This document shows, in pieces, positions 63,441 through 64,000 of a stretch of DNA of 64,000 bases. The stretch's first letter is position 1. The number at the start of each line of letters is the position of its first letter. Made by a program: the position numbers and the translations under genes. The notes beneath the pieces were generated by a model. It did no database searches and was not told where the DNA came from. It saw only the letters and a list, made by a program, of their open reading frames with translations. The DNA is taken from NCBI GenBank assembly GCA_000708835.1, contig DF237196.1, positions 58,907 through 122,906 of the forward strand, read 5' to 3'. This stretch comes from Klebsormidium nitens. Taxonomy: Eukaryota > Plantae > Klebsormidiophyceae.

Positions 63441-64000
63441 TGTGGGAGGGGAAATGCCTTTGCTAGTTTTCTACGTGTTATTGAACCCAGAGAAACAGCC
63501 CTCTCATTGCTTAAGCCACTATTCTTTCTAGTTGTTCCAAGAGCGACCTCCGACTACTCAAGAAGCGGGAGCTTCAGAGGGCAAACAATCGCGCTAGGAG
63601 CTTGCACCCATGCACAAAGGGTATGAAGAGGCCCTTCACTGTTGTTGAAGACGAGGGCAGCTTCTCCGCAGCGCCACTTTTGCCCCCTGATCACACCATC
63701 AACCGCTCTGAGTTTGACAGGATGCAATCGAACTTCACGCGTCCCCTCAAATCTGCTTGCTGATCCATGAAGTCCAGGTTGTTTGTCGATCAATTTGAAA
63801 GATAGTTTGCGGGCCATATTCAGTTGTGGTGATACATATTGCTTGATATTGCACAATCGGTGGTAGTACCCGAGCTCAAACCCTCGACGTCAGATGCCAC
63901 ATCTGTGTCAAATAAAGACATTATAGCTGTCTGTCACTACAATGACACAAGAACGTGCAGCCCTTGTGCCTTTGTTAAGATCTCTCAGGTGATGCACCCG

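Noticed and set aside
63554-63856. 100-aa minus-strand ORF upstream of the F-box gene
   Set aside because: No motif; the F-box gene has its own ATG at 63440; probably promoter or UTR.

Overview
Eukaryotic, intron-rich nuclear DNA with GC-rich exons and mostly GT-AG introns. The gene content and style suggest a streptophyte green alga such as Klebsormidium (inference). Recognisable genes: two tandem ARM-like/zf-MYND paralogs (copy 1 frameshifted), a six-repeat Kelch protein, an LRR receptor-like kinase with a Pro/Thr/N-glycan-rich stalk, NDUFA8, and an F-box/LRR protein. The middle (about 14-45 kb) is a duplication-rich accessory zone. It holds three copies, one inverted, of a cassette with two head-to-head orphan genes: X (4 exons, about 205 aa, conserved GC-AG intron) and Y. 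It also holds fragments of a third decayed family (Z), a decayed copy of the receptor kinase, a TG...CA insertion with a 5-bp target duplication spanning the assembly gap, and a 2.2-kb ORF (W) broken by four same-direction frameshifts. No tRNA, rRNA or CRISPR was found. All exon models were derived by eye from splice signals and paralog comparison.
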